Source: Rhodothermales bacterium
GTDB taxonomy: Bacteria > Bacteroidota > Rhodothermia > Rhodothermales > Bin80
DNA: 64,000 bases
Assembly: GCA_965203305.1 (NCBI GenBank)
Contig: OZ241874.1
Location: 2,865,687-2,929,686, forward strand
Reading direction: 5' to 3'
Under the pieces are notes generated by a model, which saw nothing but the letters and a program-made list of their open reading frames with translations, ran no database searches and had not been told where the DNA came from. A program made the translations under genes and the position numbers. This document shows, one piece after another, positions 30,101-39,190 of the stretch (the first letter of the stretch is position 1; every line of letters starts with the position of its first letter).

Positions 30101-30528
30101 TTCCAAACCCCGCCTCCCACAGACGCGACATACCATGTATTTGACTGTGGATCCGTCGGGTCCATGACAACCGCACGAGTCCTTCCCCCCACAGTCCCCG
30201 GACCTCGCTCTACCCAATCCAGATCAACCGATCTGCCTCCGCTTCGCTTCTTCTGGAGTGCTTTTTGAAACTCCCGTATCTTGTGTCCGTGCGGATAAGG
30301 CTTGTATCCCACATCTAGCCCTTCGGCCGCCTCAAAGTACTCGATGAATTTGTCAGGGTATCCATATGGATCCTTGACATGTTTTGACTTTTCTGATCTT
30401 GGCTCAGGATCCACTTGGGAAATTCCCGGGAAGAAAAACAAAACACCAATCACTGATGCGACCAGAAGCAAGCTCCCGAAACTGATAAACGTGGCCTCTC
30501 GGCGAAAAGTAGCAGGTACAGAATTCAT
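27193..30528 (-). CDS. BNR/Asp-box (sortilin/VPS10-type) beta-propeller protein with T9SS C-terminal sorting domain
   Basis: Repeated S.DGG.TW Asp-boxes (TTDRGQTW, TEDGGQTF, STDGGKTW, SIDGGNSW, SRNGGETW, SLNGGTSW, STDFGASW, TEDMGRTW, SRDHGETW). C-terminus ENYPNPFNPTT..VTVFDVLGRKVATL..SGQYIYRMEANG is a type A T9SS CTD. Confidence 0.8.
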   Translation of the reverse strand: MNSVPATFRREATFISFGSLLLVASVIGVLFFFPGISQVDPEPRSEKSKHVKDPYGYPDKFIEYFEAAEGLDVGYKPYPHGHKIREFQKALQKKRSGGRSVDLDWVERGPGTVGGRTRAVVMDPTDPQSNTWYVASVGGGVWKARRFIDEFDQEKIEWTPLTDHLPSLAATALDMSRNNPDVMYLGTGEGFGNIDASGGQGMFKTTDRGQTWTHLPRTSVAGNADWRYINRLAVHPDNPDIVVVATNEAIFRTEDGGQTFSKVYDATNPVQDLRANPNNFNILFATVNSTAILRSTDGGKTWKESLAAFPYPPQRIEIAISQSNPNVIWASVEGSGGGRVVGIFNAQPIADLYRSIDGGNSWRFIDRSEDTDVGLSAFLGSQGWYDNSILVHPFSPDTVYLGGIIRYKAWVDGDSEATPLSVGTVNRFNNTADFMDFVVFTGGNAAGRRLSLGFLNSDAADDVQEIEIADMRSVEIRFGPGLTQKAHRFTVPPNGGTASDGGAGINLPEYVYADYVEVPFQVWDTDANRQLMVSFRDQARDGGWSLIARNTAGPGVTHSREYVLISKYVYKDSAPHPDLAANGGLRKGLMYFFWPILNEDDEATEWNPNAPSPGVVDIDFTSVEILKEQYDMETWENGNVHVDHHALVAVPAGNNEFHILNGNDGGFAYSRNGGETWREGDASAGYNTSQFYDATKRPGFEMYLGGMQDNGTWASYNKANNRRGWRDMLGGDGFDVIWNSADSLMGSIQGNNIRRSLNGGTSWSVAGNIGDWSGQFLTSLAWTPKSGKVVFSISPAAGALRSTDFGASWHRIHQSRQAFSGGVRNGKVRLSLATPEVLWAGYTMRTLYVSENALNPTPGEGVSDAVRMRRVNVPGWAPTSTITGLATHPYARATAYVMFSASCLPKLARTEDMGRTWENLSGFDDDQDNCESSNGFPNAKVWDLEVFPDKPKIIWAGTDLGLFESRDHGETWAYADNGLPAVSIWRLRIIDDEIILATHGRGVWTLNIAEVQTASEEEASELPNSFELRENYPNPFNPTTNISFRVAENSHVRVTVFDVLGRKVATLADQQYTRGTHQVQWNASSASSGQYIYRMEANGKVIGAKSMILVK

Positions 30529-30892
30529 TATAGCAGGGGGATATTGAGGTAATGAGAACTAGGGACTTCTACGAAATGCAACTACCGAGGTCTGATAATG
30601 CTTGCTGGTTCCAAATGTTCTTTTTTGATCTGGCTGGATTTTACTCACAGGACAGTGGGTATACTCATTGGCAACGGGAATGATTGCCCCTGAGCAGGAA
30701 ATCCGGCCACCACTGAACAGCATTGCCTTCTGGAAACAAACAAAATCCACATGCTACCATCATAATACAATCTCTCATTCAGGCTTGCAGCGGCATGGTT
30801 CTGCGGTCTTTCCACCCAGATATCATTGAACAAAACACTGGATGCATGCAAAACCGGATTTTCACAGGAGCCTGAAATGCATGATCATTCCC

Positions 30893-31399
30893 CTAGCCCG
30901 CTTCAGCCTGCCGAACTGTAAAAGGCACGGACTCGTCATTGAGCTTGAGCGAATAGCTCCCCCGTGCAAACCCGCCCTCCAGCATCAGATACAGCCTGTA
31001 AGGACGACGTACGGTTGCACATACGCGTGATCCAGGCCGGCGCATCTGCAATGTTGCCGTGATGATGTTTCCTGTTCTTTTCTGATCAAACGCATGCAGT
31101 TCCATGCACGCATCAGGCATACTGCCCTTGACCAGTATCTCTACGGCAACCGTATCCTGTTCTGACTTAAGCATATCTGGACGTACAATTACACGGTCAA
31201 ATGTGGCTGGAAAGTACGTGAATTCCAGTTCCTCCTCTGGGACACTGATTGTAATAGTGTTGTATCCATCTGGAGGCGTTCCTTCGTAACGGTGTCCGAA
31301 CTGTCTGTCGGGATCCGCTGAAACCATGCCACTAGGACCGCTGCAGGCAACTGCAAATACAGACAGAATCACAGTAAGTGAAACATGCACCCCCCTCAT
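30893..31399 (-). CDS. Hypothetical lipoprotein
   Basis: Signal peptide with lipobox (FAVAC). No other motif recognised. Confidence 0.5.
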   Translation of the reverse strand: MRGVHVSLTVILSVFAVACSGPSGMVSADPDRQFGHRYEGTPPDGYNTITISVPEEELEFTYFPATFDRVIVRPDMLKSEQDTVAVEILVKGSMPDACMELHAFDQKRTGNIITATLQMRRPGSRVCATVRRPYRLYLMLEGGFARGSYSLKLNDESVPFTVRQAEAG

Positions 31400-31830
31400 G
31401 AACCAAGCATTTTCACACGGCCTTCGTGAACCTTTTCTGTCGGGGCATCACTCCAGAGCCGCTCAAGGTCATAAAATTCCCGTCTCTCTGGCGTGAATAT
31501 GTGAACGACCAGATCAACATAGTCGAGCAGTATCCACTGACGGTGTTCTGCCCCCTCAACATGCCATGGCATCTCCTGACACTCACGCTTCAGCCGCGTT
31601 TCAACAGACTCCTTGACTGCCCTGACCTGAATATCAGATGTGCCGGAGCACAGGATAAAGTAGTCTGCCAGTCCACTGACCTCATGCATATCCATGATGA
31701 CCACATCCGACGCTTTCTTTTCCTGTATGGCCGTCAGGGCTTCCCGTGCAAGAACCTGTACCGATATCTGGCCCGAACGCTTCTTCTCAGGCTCAGCAAC
31801 AGATGTGTGCAATCGTTCAGTTTCCGTCAT
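31396..31830 (-). CDS. rsfS: Ribosome silencing factor RsfS
   Basis: KKA.DVVIMDM...S.LADYFILCSG.S..QV.A......, ..EG.....W.LLDY.D.VVHIF....R.FY.LE.LW. Confidence 0.85.
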   Translation of the reverse strand: MTETERLHTSVAEPEKKRSGQISVQVLAREALTAIQEKKASDVVIMDMHEVSGLADYFILCSGTSDIQVRAVKESVETRLKRECQEMPWHVEGAEHRQWILLDYVDLVVHIFTPERREFYDLERLWSDAPTEKVHEGRVKMLGS

Positions 31831-32335
31831 GCGTGTCCTGATTTTGGGCAGTTTTCTCGGGATTGGCGAATGGAGGAATCAGCCCGTAATCCTTGCCAAG
31901 AATTACCGAAGCATCCAGATGAAACTCTCTGCCCACATCTTTCTGAATACGTTCGGAAGACAGGCCTAGGGATGCGGCAACCTGACGGGCAATCTCGGGA
32001 TTGCCGATCCGGTCTACGACAACCGTTCGTTTAACGTCAAATGAGGAGTGATTTCCCACATCTACCACATCATATCCTTTCGAGCGCAGGTAGATACGCA
32101 TCTGCTCTGCCAAACCTTGAACACCTACTCCGTTACGAACTCCAATCTGATAGGCATCCGCAGCACCGGGATGCTCCACTTCGGAAGTAATTTCAACTGT
32201 TGAAGCAACCTGATTCGGTAAAACCGCCTCCCTTACGAGAGGAATGTTTACCAGAAAGGACACGACCAGAACAGTCACTGTGATCCCCAACAAAGTCAGG
32301 AATATGTCAAGACCAAAGACCTTCAATCGGCTCAT
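31817..32335 (-). CDS. LytR_C-domain membrane protein
   Basis: N-terminal TM helix, then IGVRNGVGVQGLAEQMRIYLRSKGYDVVDVGN....V.RTVVVDR........VA..LG, typical of the LytR C-terminal domain. Confidence 0.7.
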   Translation of the reverse strand: MSRLKVFGLDIFLTLLGITVTVLVVSFLVNIPLVREAVLPNQVASTVEITSEVEHPGAADAYQIGVRNGVGVQGLAEQMRIYLRSKGYDVVDVGNHSSFDVKRTVVVDRIGNPEIARQVAASLGLSSERIQKDVGREFHLDASVILGKDYGLIPPFANPEKTAQNQDTHDGN

Positions 32336-32356
32336 GCGTACTCCGACCGGTTCCTG

Positions 32357-32875
32357 CTAAAACCAGGTGTTCCTTCCGTACAGCCCGGCATGCCTGTGCC
32401 CGTATCCGTAAGGGCCGTACCCCATCATCCCGCGGTACGCATAGGGATTCTGCCTGATCTGAACATGCAGCTGAAATCGCTCGGACGGTTTCCATGCCAC
32501 CTCGGCATTGCGCAAAAAGATCTGGGGATGCTGCTGGCCGAAACCCGCGTTGCGAGCGATCCGATTCTGCGGAGAGTATGCAACTGCGACATCCATTCGG
32601 GCCGCCAGTTTGGGGCTGAACCTCCAAGCCATCGTATTCGTGTACATTCCCATAGAATATCCATTCCCTCCGAATGATCCGGCCGTCATTTCAAGGCTAT
32701 GGCTCATTTGAAAGACACTCGGGTTGAATATCCTGTTTAAGAACGCACCAACCTTACCAGACGTATCATAAAGCCTAGTTTGGGGGAACTCACTTGGAGC
32801 GGTTCCTCTGAACTGTGCCTCCGCAGAAAATGTCAGAGAGGCGAATATGGCAATAAGAAATAAATTCCGGTGCAT
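32357..32875 (-). CDS. Hypothetical secreted protein
   Basis: Clear signal peptide (..SLTFSAEAQ). Gly/aromatic-rich. No recognised family. Confidence 0.5.
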   Translation of the reverse strand: MHRNLFLIAIFASLTFSAEAQFRGTAPSEFPQTRLYDTSGKVGAFLNRIFNPSVFQMSHSLEMTAGSFGGNGYSMGMYTNTMAWRFSPKLAARMDVAVAYSPQNRIARNAGFGQQHPQIFLRNAEVAWKPSERFQLHVQIRQNPYAYRGMMGYGPYGYGHRHAGLYGRNTWF

Positions 32876-32997
32876 GATCAGAACGTATCTTGCAGGTTAA
32901 AGATAAGACAGGGCAACATTTTTATCTGTACTTGGCAGTACCACGTTTGTTCACCTAACCACATTCAGAGCATTATGTTCACATTTCAACTACACCT

Positions 32998-33306
32998 ATG
33001 AAGCCTGAACCTTCATTGCAATCCGTCTCAAAAAAAGACTTGAAACCATTCAGGGCACAGATTGATGAAGTAGACCAACAGCTGGTCAAGCTCTTGAACG
33101 AGCGTTCAGTTCTGGCAAACAAAATTGGACATGTCAAGCAACAACTGGGACTTCCAATCTACATGCCTGCCAGAGAGAAGGAAGTTCTTGAGAATGTAAT
33201 TCAGGCAAATCCCGGCCCCCTCCCCCCCGAGGCTATCCGAAGACTATTTGAGCGGATTATTGACGAGACACGTGCGCTGGAACGCAAAAAATATCAATCC
33301 AAGTGA
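32998..33306 (+). CDS. Chorismate mutase (AroQ class)
   Basis: L..FR..ID..D..L..LLNER......IG..K.......Y.P.RE..VL.... Confidence 0.85.
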   Translation: MKPEPSLQSVSKKDLKPFRAQIDEVDQQLVKLLNERSVLANKIGHVKQQLGLPIYMPAREKEVLENVIQANPGPLPPEAIRRLFERIIDETRALERKKYQSK

Positions 33307-33312
33307 GCTGAC

Positions 33313-34350
33313 ATGCGCAAGATTGTAATTCTCGTATCTGGCGTTGCGCTTCTCGCAGGAATGGGAGCAGCATCTGTCTGGATGGCATGGTTTCCAAATA
33401 CGCCATCTTTTGATGACTCCCCATCTCTGTATATTCCGAGAGGCAGTTCCTTCACTGATGTAATGGATTCGTTGGAAACCCGAAATCTGCTCATCAATCC
33501 ATGGACTTTCCGCCTCGTGGCTCATGCGACAGGATGGAAAGACCAGGTAAAGGCAGGACACTATACCATTTCCTCCAGACAGTCGAATATTCGTCTTTTG
33601 CAAACCCTTCGAAGAGGGTTACAGACTCCGGTCTCTGTGAGAATTCCTGCCGGATCCCGACGCGACAGAGTTGCCCATGCCGCGGCTGCAAATATGAATT
33701 TTGAACCGGAGGATTTTATCGCAGCACTTCAAGACACTGCTTTGGCAACAGAGCTCAATACGGATACCCTCCACCTGTTCAGTTACATGCTCCCGGAAAC
33801 CTATCAGTTCTATTGGTTAACCGAAGCGGAGGATGTGGTTCGGCGCATCAAACATGAGTTTGATTCCTTTTATGAGCGTGAAATAGCCGCCGGAGCACTG
33901 GAACGTGGCCTCGTGCGCGAAGCAGTCGTAAGCCTGGCTGCAATTGTTGAATGGGAGACAAGGCTGGACTCCGAAAAATCCCGTATTGCCGGAGTGTATC
34001 TGAATCGTCTGCAGAAAAATTGGCCCCTGCAGGCAGATCCGACGGTGCAGTATGCTTTACTTGAACTGGAAGGCAGCAAGCGTCGCCTATTTTATCGCGA
34101 TTATCGTATTCAGCATCCGTACAATACTTATCGGTACCGGGGACTGCCTCCTGGCCCGATCACCAATCCTTCCCCTTCATCTCTGAAATCAACCGCGGCG
34201 GCGGAAAAACATGACTACATGTTTTTCGTAGCGAGCCCTGAAGGTGGACATTCCTTCAATGTTGATCTCCGGGGGCATAACCGGGACGCAGCTGTTCTGC
34301 GACGTTATGTATCAGAGCGCAGGCGCGATCAAACCCGCCGTGATCGCTGA
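33313..34350 (+). CDS. mltG: Endolytic murein transglycosylase MltG (YceG-like)
   Basis: N-terminal TM helix. SLAAIVEWETRLDSEKSRIAGVYLNRL...WPLQADPTVQYAL and YNTYRYRGLPPGPITNP. Confidence 0.9.
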   Translation: MRKIVILVSGVALLAGMGAASVWMAWFPNTPSFDDSPSLYIPRGSSFTDVMDSLETRNLLINPWTFRLVAHATGWKDQVKAGHYTISSRQSNIRLLQTLRRGLQTPVSVRIPAGSRRDRVAHAAAANMNFEPEDFIAALQDTALATELNTDTLHLFSYMLPETYQFYWLTEAEDVVRRIKHEFDSFYEREIAAGALERGLVREAVVSLAAIVEWETRLDSEKSRIAGVYLNRLQKNWPLQADPTVQYALLELEGSKRRLFYRDYRIQHPYNTYRYRGLPPGPITNPSPSSLKSTAAAEKHDYMFFVASPEGGHSFNVDLRGHNRDAAVLRRYVSERRRDQTRRDR

Positions 34351-34616
34351 TGGTCATCATTGCAGGCTCTCCCTCCTATGCAATGCAATAACCTCACACG
34401 AGCCAGATCCTCCTTGCACAACCATAACACCATGTAGAGGCCATTGACTCAATTCTGAAGCCTGCACACAAGCAAAAGATGTGCTGCTGTGATCTTTGCG
34501 GATCATGATTCCGTTTTTCATACACAGTCACTTCCGGTTCTTTTCCGTCTCCGAATCGTGGAGAGGCCACTTTTTGTGCTTTCACACGGATCCAGGTCAG
34601 TCCCTTGGCTGTGTGT

Positions 34617-34847
34617 TCATTTCTTCGCCTTCTTGTTCTGAATAACGATTCTTGCAAACTTCTCTTTCCCATTTACGCGGAATCTGCTCTGCTTGCCTGT
34701 TAATTGCGTGATGAGTGGTCTATCCATTCCGACAATCTCAAACTGTTCTGGATTGTACTTGTCCAGAAAAGTAATTGGCACCCCCATTGCTCCATCCCAA
34801 TCCATGGGGATATCCTTCGTTTTACTCACCTCAATGGCATCGTAGTT
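34617..34847 (-). pseudogene. 3' fragment of an EcoRI-family adenine methyltransferase gene, separated from its 5' part by an IS
   Basis: Encodes ..NYDAIEVSKTKDIPMDWDGAMGVPITFLDKYNPEQFEIVG..IVIQNKKAKK-stop. It continues the 36719-37466 frame exactly once the IS and one AGTT copy are removed (..PKYDN|YDAIEV..). Confidence 0.75.
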
Positions 34848-36718
34848 AGTGTCTGTCCGAAAACACGGGATATATGGGTTTGCGCTGGTTCCTGTGCGCA
34901 TTTTTGGGGATATTTCTTTTCTAAAGAAGTCCACTTTTTGGGGGATATGATCGTATAAGCCCTGAAACCCGTTCATCTTTTTCCTTTTGCTGAGATGAGA
35001 AAAGTCATTGAACCTCAACTTGAGATTGGATGGAAGCCTCTGGAAGAGATCACGCTGCCCCTTCACAATCGGGATGATTTCTATCTGTGCATGACGGCCA
35101 TTTTGCATCTTTACCATGATGTTTTGCTGCGTGCGCGTCTGTTTTCCCGGTTGGCGGAGATTTTTCCTGCGGGGGTTCGGACGGATCGGGGGCGTCCGGG
35201 GATGTTTGCATGGCGCATCTTCGTGCTGGGGGTGCTGAAGCAGGTTCTTCGGTGCGACTATCAGAGACTGGCCATGCTGGCCACGGAAGTGCAGGTTTTG
35301 CGACAGATTCTGTTCCATTCCGAATTTGACGATACGGTCTACTGTCCGCAGACCTTGCAGGACAATCTTTCTCTTCTGACCTCCGAGATTCTGGCAGAAT
35401 TCATTCAAATGGTGGCAGAGTGCGGACAGAAGGTGGCGGGAAAGCAGGAGGGGGAGGTGTTGCAGGGGCGGTGCGATTCCAAGGTGTGCAAGACCAATGT
35501 GGAGTTTCCCTCTGATCTGCGCCTTCTTCGGGATTCTGTCTGCGGGGGACTTCGGGAATGTGCCAAAACCGCGGATGCGCTGGATGTACCGGGCTGGCAG
35601 CAGATACAGCATCTGATGAAGACGGTAGAGAAGGCCCACAAGCCGGTATGTATCGCCAGGAAATACAAATCCCGTCCGGGCAAGGTTCGCTATTTCTTGC
35701 GTCTGTGTCGGAAGCGGGGCAGAAAAGTAGTGGACTTTCTGCGGAACCTGCATGACAGGAAAACAGAGCTGGAGCGGAAACAGGCAACGGGTTCGCTCAC
35801 CAAGGCGGAAGAGAAGATGCTGAACACCGTGCTCCGTGCGATGCAGCGCATCTATTCTTTTCTGGGGTATATGGCGGTATTGCACGATCAGGTGCGTCGT
35901 CGGGTCTTGCATGGAGAGAAGATTCCGCATCGTGAGAAGATATTTTCGATCACCAAGCCGTTTACCCGCTGGATCGTGAAAGGGAAAGAAGGGGTGCTGT
36001 GCGAGTTGGGGGTTCCGGTGGCGATTATAGAAGATCAGTACCAGTTTATTCTGGGGCATGAGATTCTGTGGACGGGGACGGACAAGGATGTGGCGGTCTC
36101 GCTCACGGGGAGCGTGCAGGAGCAGTTTCCTTCCCTGCGTGAATGTTCGTATGATCGGGGTTTTTACAGTCCGGAGGTTCGGGAGAAGTTGGATGAGATG
36201 CTGGATGTGAATGCGATGCCGAAGAAAGGGAGGATGACGAAGGAAGAGCAGGAGCGGCAAAGCGATCCTGCCTTCCAGCGCGCAAGGAAACGCCATCCGG
36301 GCGTGGAATCCGCGCTGAACAACCTGGATCATCGGGGCTGGAATCTGGTGCGGGAAACAAGCCGGGAAGGCTTTGCCCGAGTCGTAGCGACCGCTATTCT
36401 GGCCGCCAATGTCCACCGACTGGGGAGGCTGCTCCGGGAACAGGAGATCATCAAGAAAGCGAAACGACGACGAAAGCTCGCCGCATAGGCGTGCATCCCC
36501 CCTTTCTTGCGGATTGACGAGGTGCCAAATTCAGGTGAATGCCAGAGGTACGTCCGATTCCTGCGAAGGAGGCACAAATGTACACCAATTCCCCCAAAAT
36601 CCGCCCTCAAAACGGGAAGAATCTCCCCACTCCAGTCCATTTTGCGTCCAATATGACAGGAGATCTGCCCCGCCCCTGTTGCCAGTTCCCGAAAATCGGC
36701 AATTTTCGGATGGACACT
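34848..36718 (+). mobile_element. IS element (1871 bp), IS5/IS1182-superfamily-like, the candidate autonomous partner of the MITEs at 6500 and 8808
   Basis: Ends are AGTGTCTGTCCGAAAA and, as reverse complement, AGTGTCCATCCGAAAA (14/16). The 4-bp direct repeat AGTT sits at 34844-34847 and 36719-36722. One transposase ORF. Confidence 0.8.
34995..36488 (+). CDS. DDE transposase (IS5/IS1182-like)
   Basis: 497 aa. The N-terminal region is like the InsH/DUF772 module (..FAWRIFVLGVLKQVLRCDYQRLAMLATEVQVLRQIL..). The first catalytic-Asp block CDSKVCKTNVEFPSDLRLL resembles the D-S-T...I.YPTD..LL signature of IS5-type enzymes. Family assignment is by eye only. Confidence 0.7.
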   Translation: MRKVIEPQLEIGWKPLEEITLPLHNRDDFYLCMTAILHLYHDVLLRARLFSRLAEIFPAGVRTDRGRPGMFAWRIFVLGVLKQVLRCDYQRLAMLATEVQVLRQILFHSEFDDTVYCPQTLQDNLSLLTSEILAEFIQMVAECGQKVAGKQEGEVLQGRCDSKVCKTNVEFPSDLRLLRDSVCGGLRECAKTADALDVPGWQQIQHLMKTVEKAHKPVCIARKYKSRPGKVRYFLRLCRKRGRKVVDFLRNLHDRKTELERKQATGSLTKAEEKMLNTVLRAMQRIYSFLGYMAVLHDQVRRRVLHGEKIPHREKIFSITKPFTRWIVKGKEGVLCELGVPVAIIEDQYQFILGHEILWTGTDKDVAVSLTGSVQEQFPSLRECSYDRGFYSPEVREKLDEMLDVNAMPKKGRMTKEEQERQSDPAFQRARKRHPGVESALNNLDHRGWNLVRETSREGFARVVATAILAANVHRLGRLLREQEIIKKAKRRRKLAA

Positions 36719-37466
36719 AGTTATCATATTTCGGGTATTCTTCCGAAGAGTACTCCCTGTACAGTATCAGCTCCTCGTTACGCTTTCTATGCTCCAGATT
36801 GGTAAACCAATGAACACCTGACACACGAATCATTCCTTCTTTTCTGTCCGAGGCGGTGGCATAGTCTTCATACCTGCTCATAAAATGCGCCGCTCCGCCC
36901 TGAAACCCATAACCCAACCATATCCTGTTCGCCTTGATGAGAGGGAAAATCTCCTTGTACGTAATCGCATTTTGATGGCCGATGATCAGAAACTTCTTCT
37001 CATACTCCATCAACTGGGCCACATACTCCCGAAATAGTGAAAACGGAGGGTTAGTGACCACGATATCTGCCTGTTTCAGTAGCTCAATACATTCCGGGCT
37101 TCGGAAATCTCCATCTCCCTGCAAGCGGTGAACTTCAATTTCATGGGGATCCGGCATCCGGTTTCCGTCCTTGTCCCCTGTGTACTCCAGCCAGATTGCC
37201 TGCTCGGCATCATGCCGCGAAAACAGGTCCCTCTGCTGATTCTTGTAGCAGGTGGTGATCAGCCGTTTCAGCCCCAAATGCTCAAAGTTGAGGGAAAAGT
37301 ATTTGAAAAAGTTGCTCACCCGTGGATCATCACAGTTGCAGTAGATCACCTTCCCCCGGAAATGCTCCTTGTAGTGCCGTAATTCCTTCTCAATATCAAT
37401 GAGCTGTGTATAGAACTCATCCTTTGCAGCTCTCCTCGCTACATGCAGGTTTCTATTTTCTGACAT
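36719..37466 (-). pseudogene. 5' part of the IS-interrupted EcoRI-family adenine methyltransferase gene
   Basis: DEFYTQ..IEKEL..Y...F.GKVIYCNCDDPRVSNFFKYF and catalytic NPPFSLFREY. The frame runs straight into the IS terminus at 36718. Confidence 0.75.
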
Positions 37467-37571
37467 CAGGAGGAGCGGTATGACCATTCAGGATACAATC
37501 CATCATTCGAATTTGTGACTTCTGGTCAGAGAGCATGCTGATGGATGAACAGATTGCAGATGGAAACTGGG

Positions 37572-38330
37572 CTAATGGACATAACTGCCTGCGTTGATAT
37601 CAATGGAGGTCCCCGTAGCATGATCTGCCAAGCCACTGGCTAAAAGTGTTACCATCGGGGCGATATTTTCCGGCTCGGTGAGATGATTCAGTGCAATATC
37701 TTTCAGAATAAACTCCTCTCCGTACGAGTGGACTGCCTCCTTGGCCATATCTGTGCGGACGAAACCCGGAGCAACGACAAAAGCCTTGATCCCGTCTTTC
37801 CCATACGCGCGGGCGATACTTCTTGTCAGCGAGACAACGGCTCCCTTTGATGCTGCATAAATTGCATATTCTGCCGTATCTCCGCGGAACGCAGCCCGCG
37901 ATGCGATATTGATAATGTGCCCACCTCCCTGCTTCCGGTACTGTTCAATGGCAAGACGGCACAAGATCGCAGTTGCTCTGGCATTGATCGCCATCGTTTG
38001 TTCCCATACGTGAAGCCACCTCTTCGCAGATGCCTTCTCGTCAACGAATTGGGCGATACCCGCATTGTTGACCAGTATGTCCAGCTGTCCATAATTCGCA
38101 AGTACATCTTTCAGAAGATTCTCACATGCGTCTGCATCCGCCAAATCCGCCTGAAATACATCCGCTCGATTTCCAATCTCTGCAACAATTTTCTCCGCCA
38201 GGGAAGCATTCCTGTTGCCGTGTACTGCAACGCTTGCACCAGATTGCGCCAGATGAGTAGCGACCGCTTTTCCAATACCACGACTGGCACCCGTGACCAG
38301 TGCAACCTTGCCTTCAAGTTCAACCTTCAT
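37572..38330 (-). CDS. SDR-family oxidoreductase (FabG-like 3-oxoacyl reductase type)
   Basis: KVALVTGASRGIGKA, NNAG, and YAASKGAV. Confidence 0.85.
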   Translation of the reverse strand: MKVELEGKVALVTGASRGIGKAVATHLAQSGASVAVHGNRNASLAEKIVAEIGNRADVFQADLADADACENLLKDVLANYGQLDILVNNAGIAQFVDEKASAKRWLHVWEQTMAINARATAILCRLAIEQYRKQGGGHIINIASRAAFRGDTAEYAIYAASKGAVVSLTRSIARAYGKDGIKAFVVAPGFVRTDMAKEAVHSYGEEFILKDIALNHLTEPENIAPMVTLLASGLADHATGTSIDINAGSYVH

Positions 38331-38491
38331 CTGCGGTGAAGGAGCATTTATCTTCCTGCCTGTAACAAAATCCAGAAGGCCGTGAACTGGCGTACATGGT
38401 CAAGCAAATGAGAACACTCTTACGCTTTTTCCGATTTTCGTGGCAACTCTGCCAGCTCCCACAAACAGGATAGCCGGCCGTACATGGAGCA

Positions 38492-39013
38492 TCAATGTAG
38501 ATCCTTCTTGGGGCAACGCCAGACTGGCACACTTGAGCAAGGTTCGCCAAACATGACTTTGCGAGCTACTTTCTGCAGTTCTCTCATTGCCTTCGCATAG
38601 GCACTTTCGGGTACAATCCCTGAACCGCAGCCTTTCACAACAACCGTTCTGTCAGAAAATCTCTCCCAATCCTCTTGTTCCATTGCCATTACAAACTGCT
38701 CCCGAATCACATCGCCTCTCCGTCCCATTGTAATACTCCTGGCCATATCCAGATGCGAAGTGATGAGCATGTACGCCCACATAGGAACCAGTGCATCTGT
38801 ACTGCAAAAAAGCGCGACATGCACATCACTGAACCCCTGCCAGTCATGATCAGCTACCTGTAACCGAAACGGCTTCTCCCTCAACAGGATTCCATTCTCA
38901 AGAAACGGAGCTACGTCCAGCTCCCTGATCTCATGCCCTTCCCAGAGCAGTTCCAGATCATAGACTTCAATCCCACTCCGGGCCACACGATTCACGATTT
39001 CCATCTGACTCAT
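38492..39013 (-). CDS. DUF2480-family protein
   Basis: IVNRVA.S.IEVYDLE..., HDWQ.F.D.HVALFCSTDALVPMWAYML, and VVVKGC......P.SAY......LQ.VA..VMFGEPCSSVP match the conserved Bacteroidota DUF2480 pattern, which is commonly found beside Fe-S or cysteine desulfurase genes. Confidence 0.7.
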   Translation of the reverse strand: MSQMEIVNRVARSGIEVYDLELLWEGHEIRELDVAPFLENGILLREKPFRLQVADHDWQGFSDVHVALFCSTDALVPMWAYMLITSHLDMARSITMGRRGDVIREQFVMAMEQEDWERFSDRTVVVKGCGSGIVPESAYAKAMRELQKVARKVMFGEPCSSVPVWRCPKKDLH

Positions 39014-39026
39014 ACAGCTTTATCAT

Positions 39027-39190
39027 GGGGCTTATATACGTGAGGGCCCATATTAAGATGGAACCGGTACACGTACACTTGACGGGTCATCGGGGTCCCC
39101 ACCGGGAACGCCCCTCGCACGTCCAGATGCCCCATGCCCTGGGGCCCGCAAGATGTTCGCGGCCGCATTCAGATCCGCGTGTTCTTCGTA
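39027..39190 (-). ncRNA. Putative omega-RNA scaffold region of tnpB element 2
   Basis: Same reasoning as for 11600-11760. The boundaries are guesses. Confidence 0.3.

Noticed and set aside
34351-34616. 92-aa minus-strand ORF (34394-34672) downstream of the EcoRI-family methylase, considered as a nuclease relic
   Set aside because: It has no recognisable motif, it overlaps the methylase 3' end, and its composition is poor. I left it unannotated.
34617-36416. 599-aa minus-strand ORF spanning most of the IS
   Set aside because: Only the last ~77 codons (34617-34847) are real coding sequence, namely the 3' fragment of the interrupted methylase. The rest is read-through antisense to the transposase and is R/L/P/H-rich.
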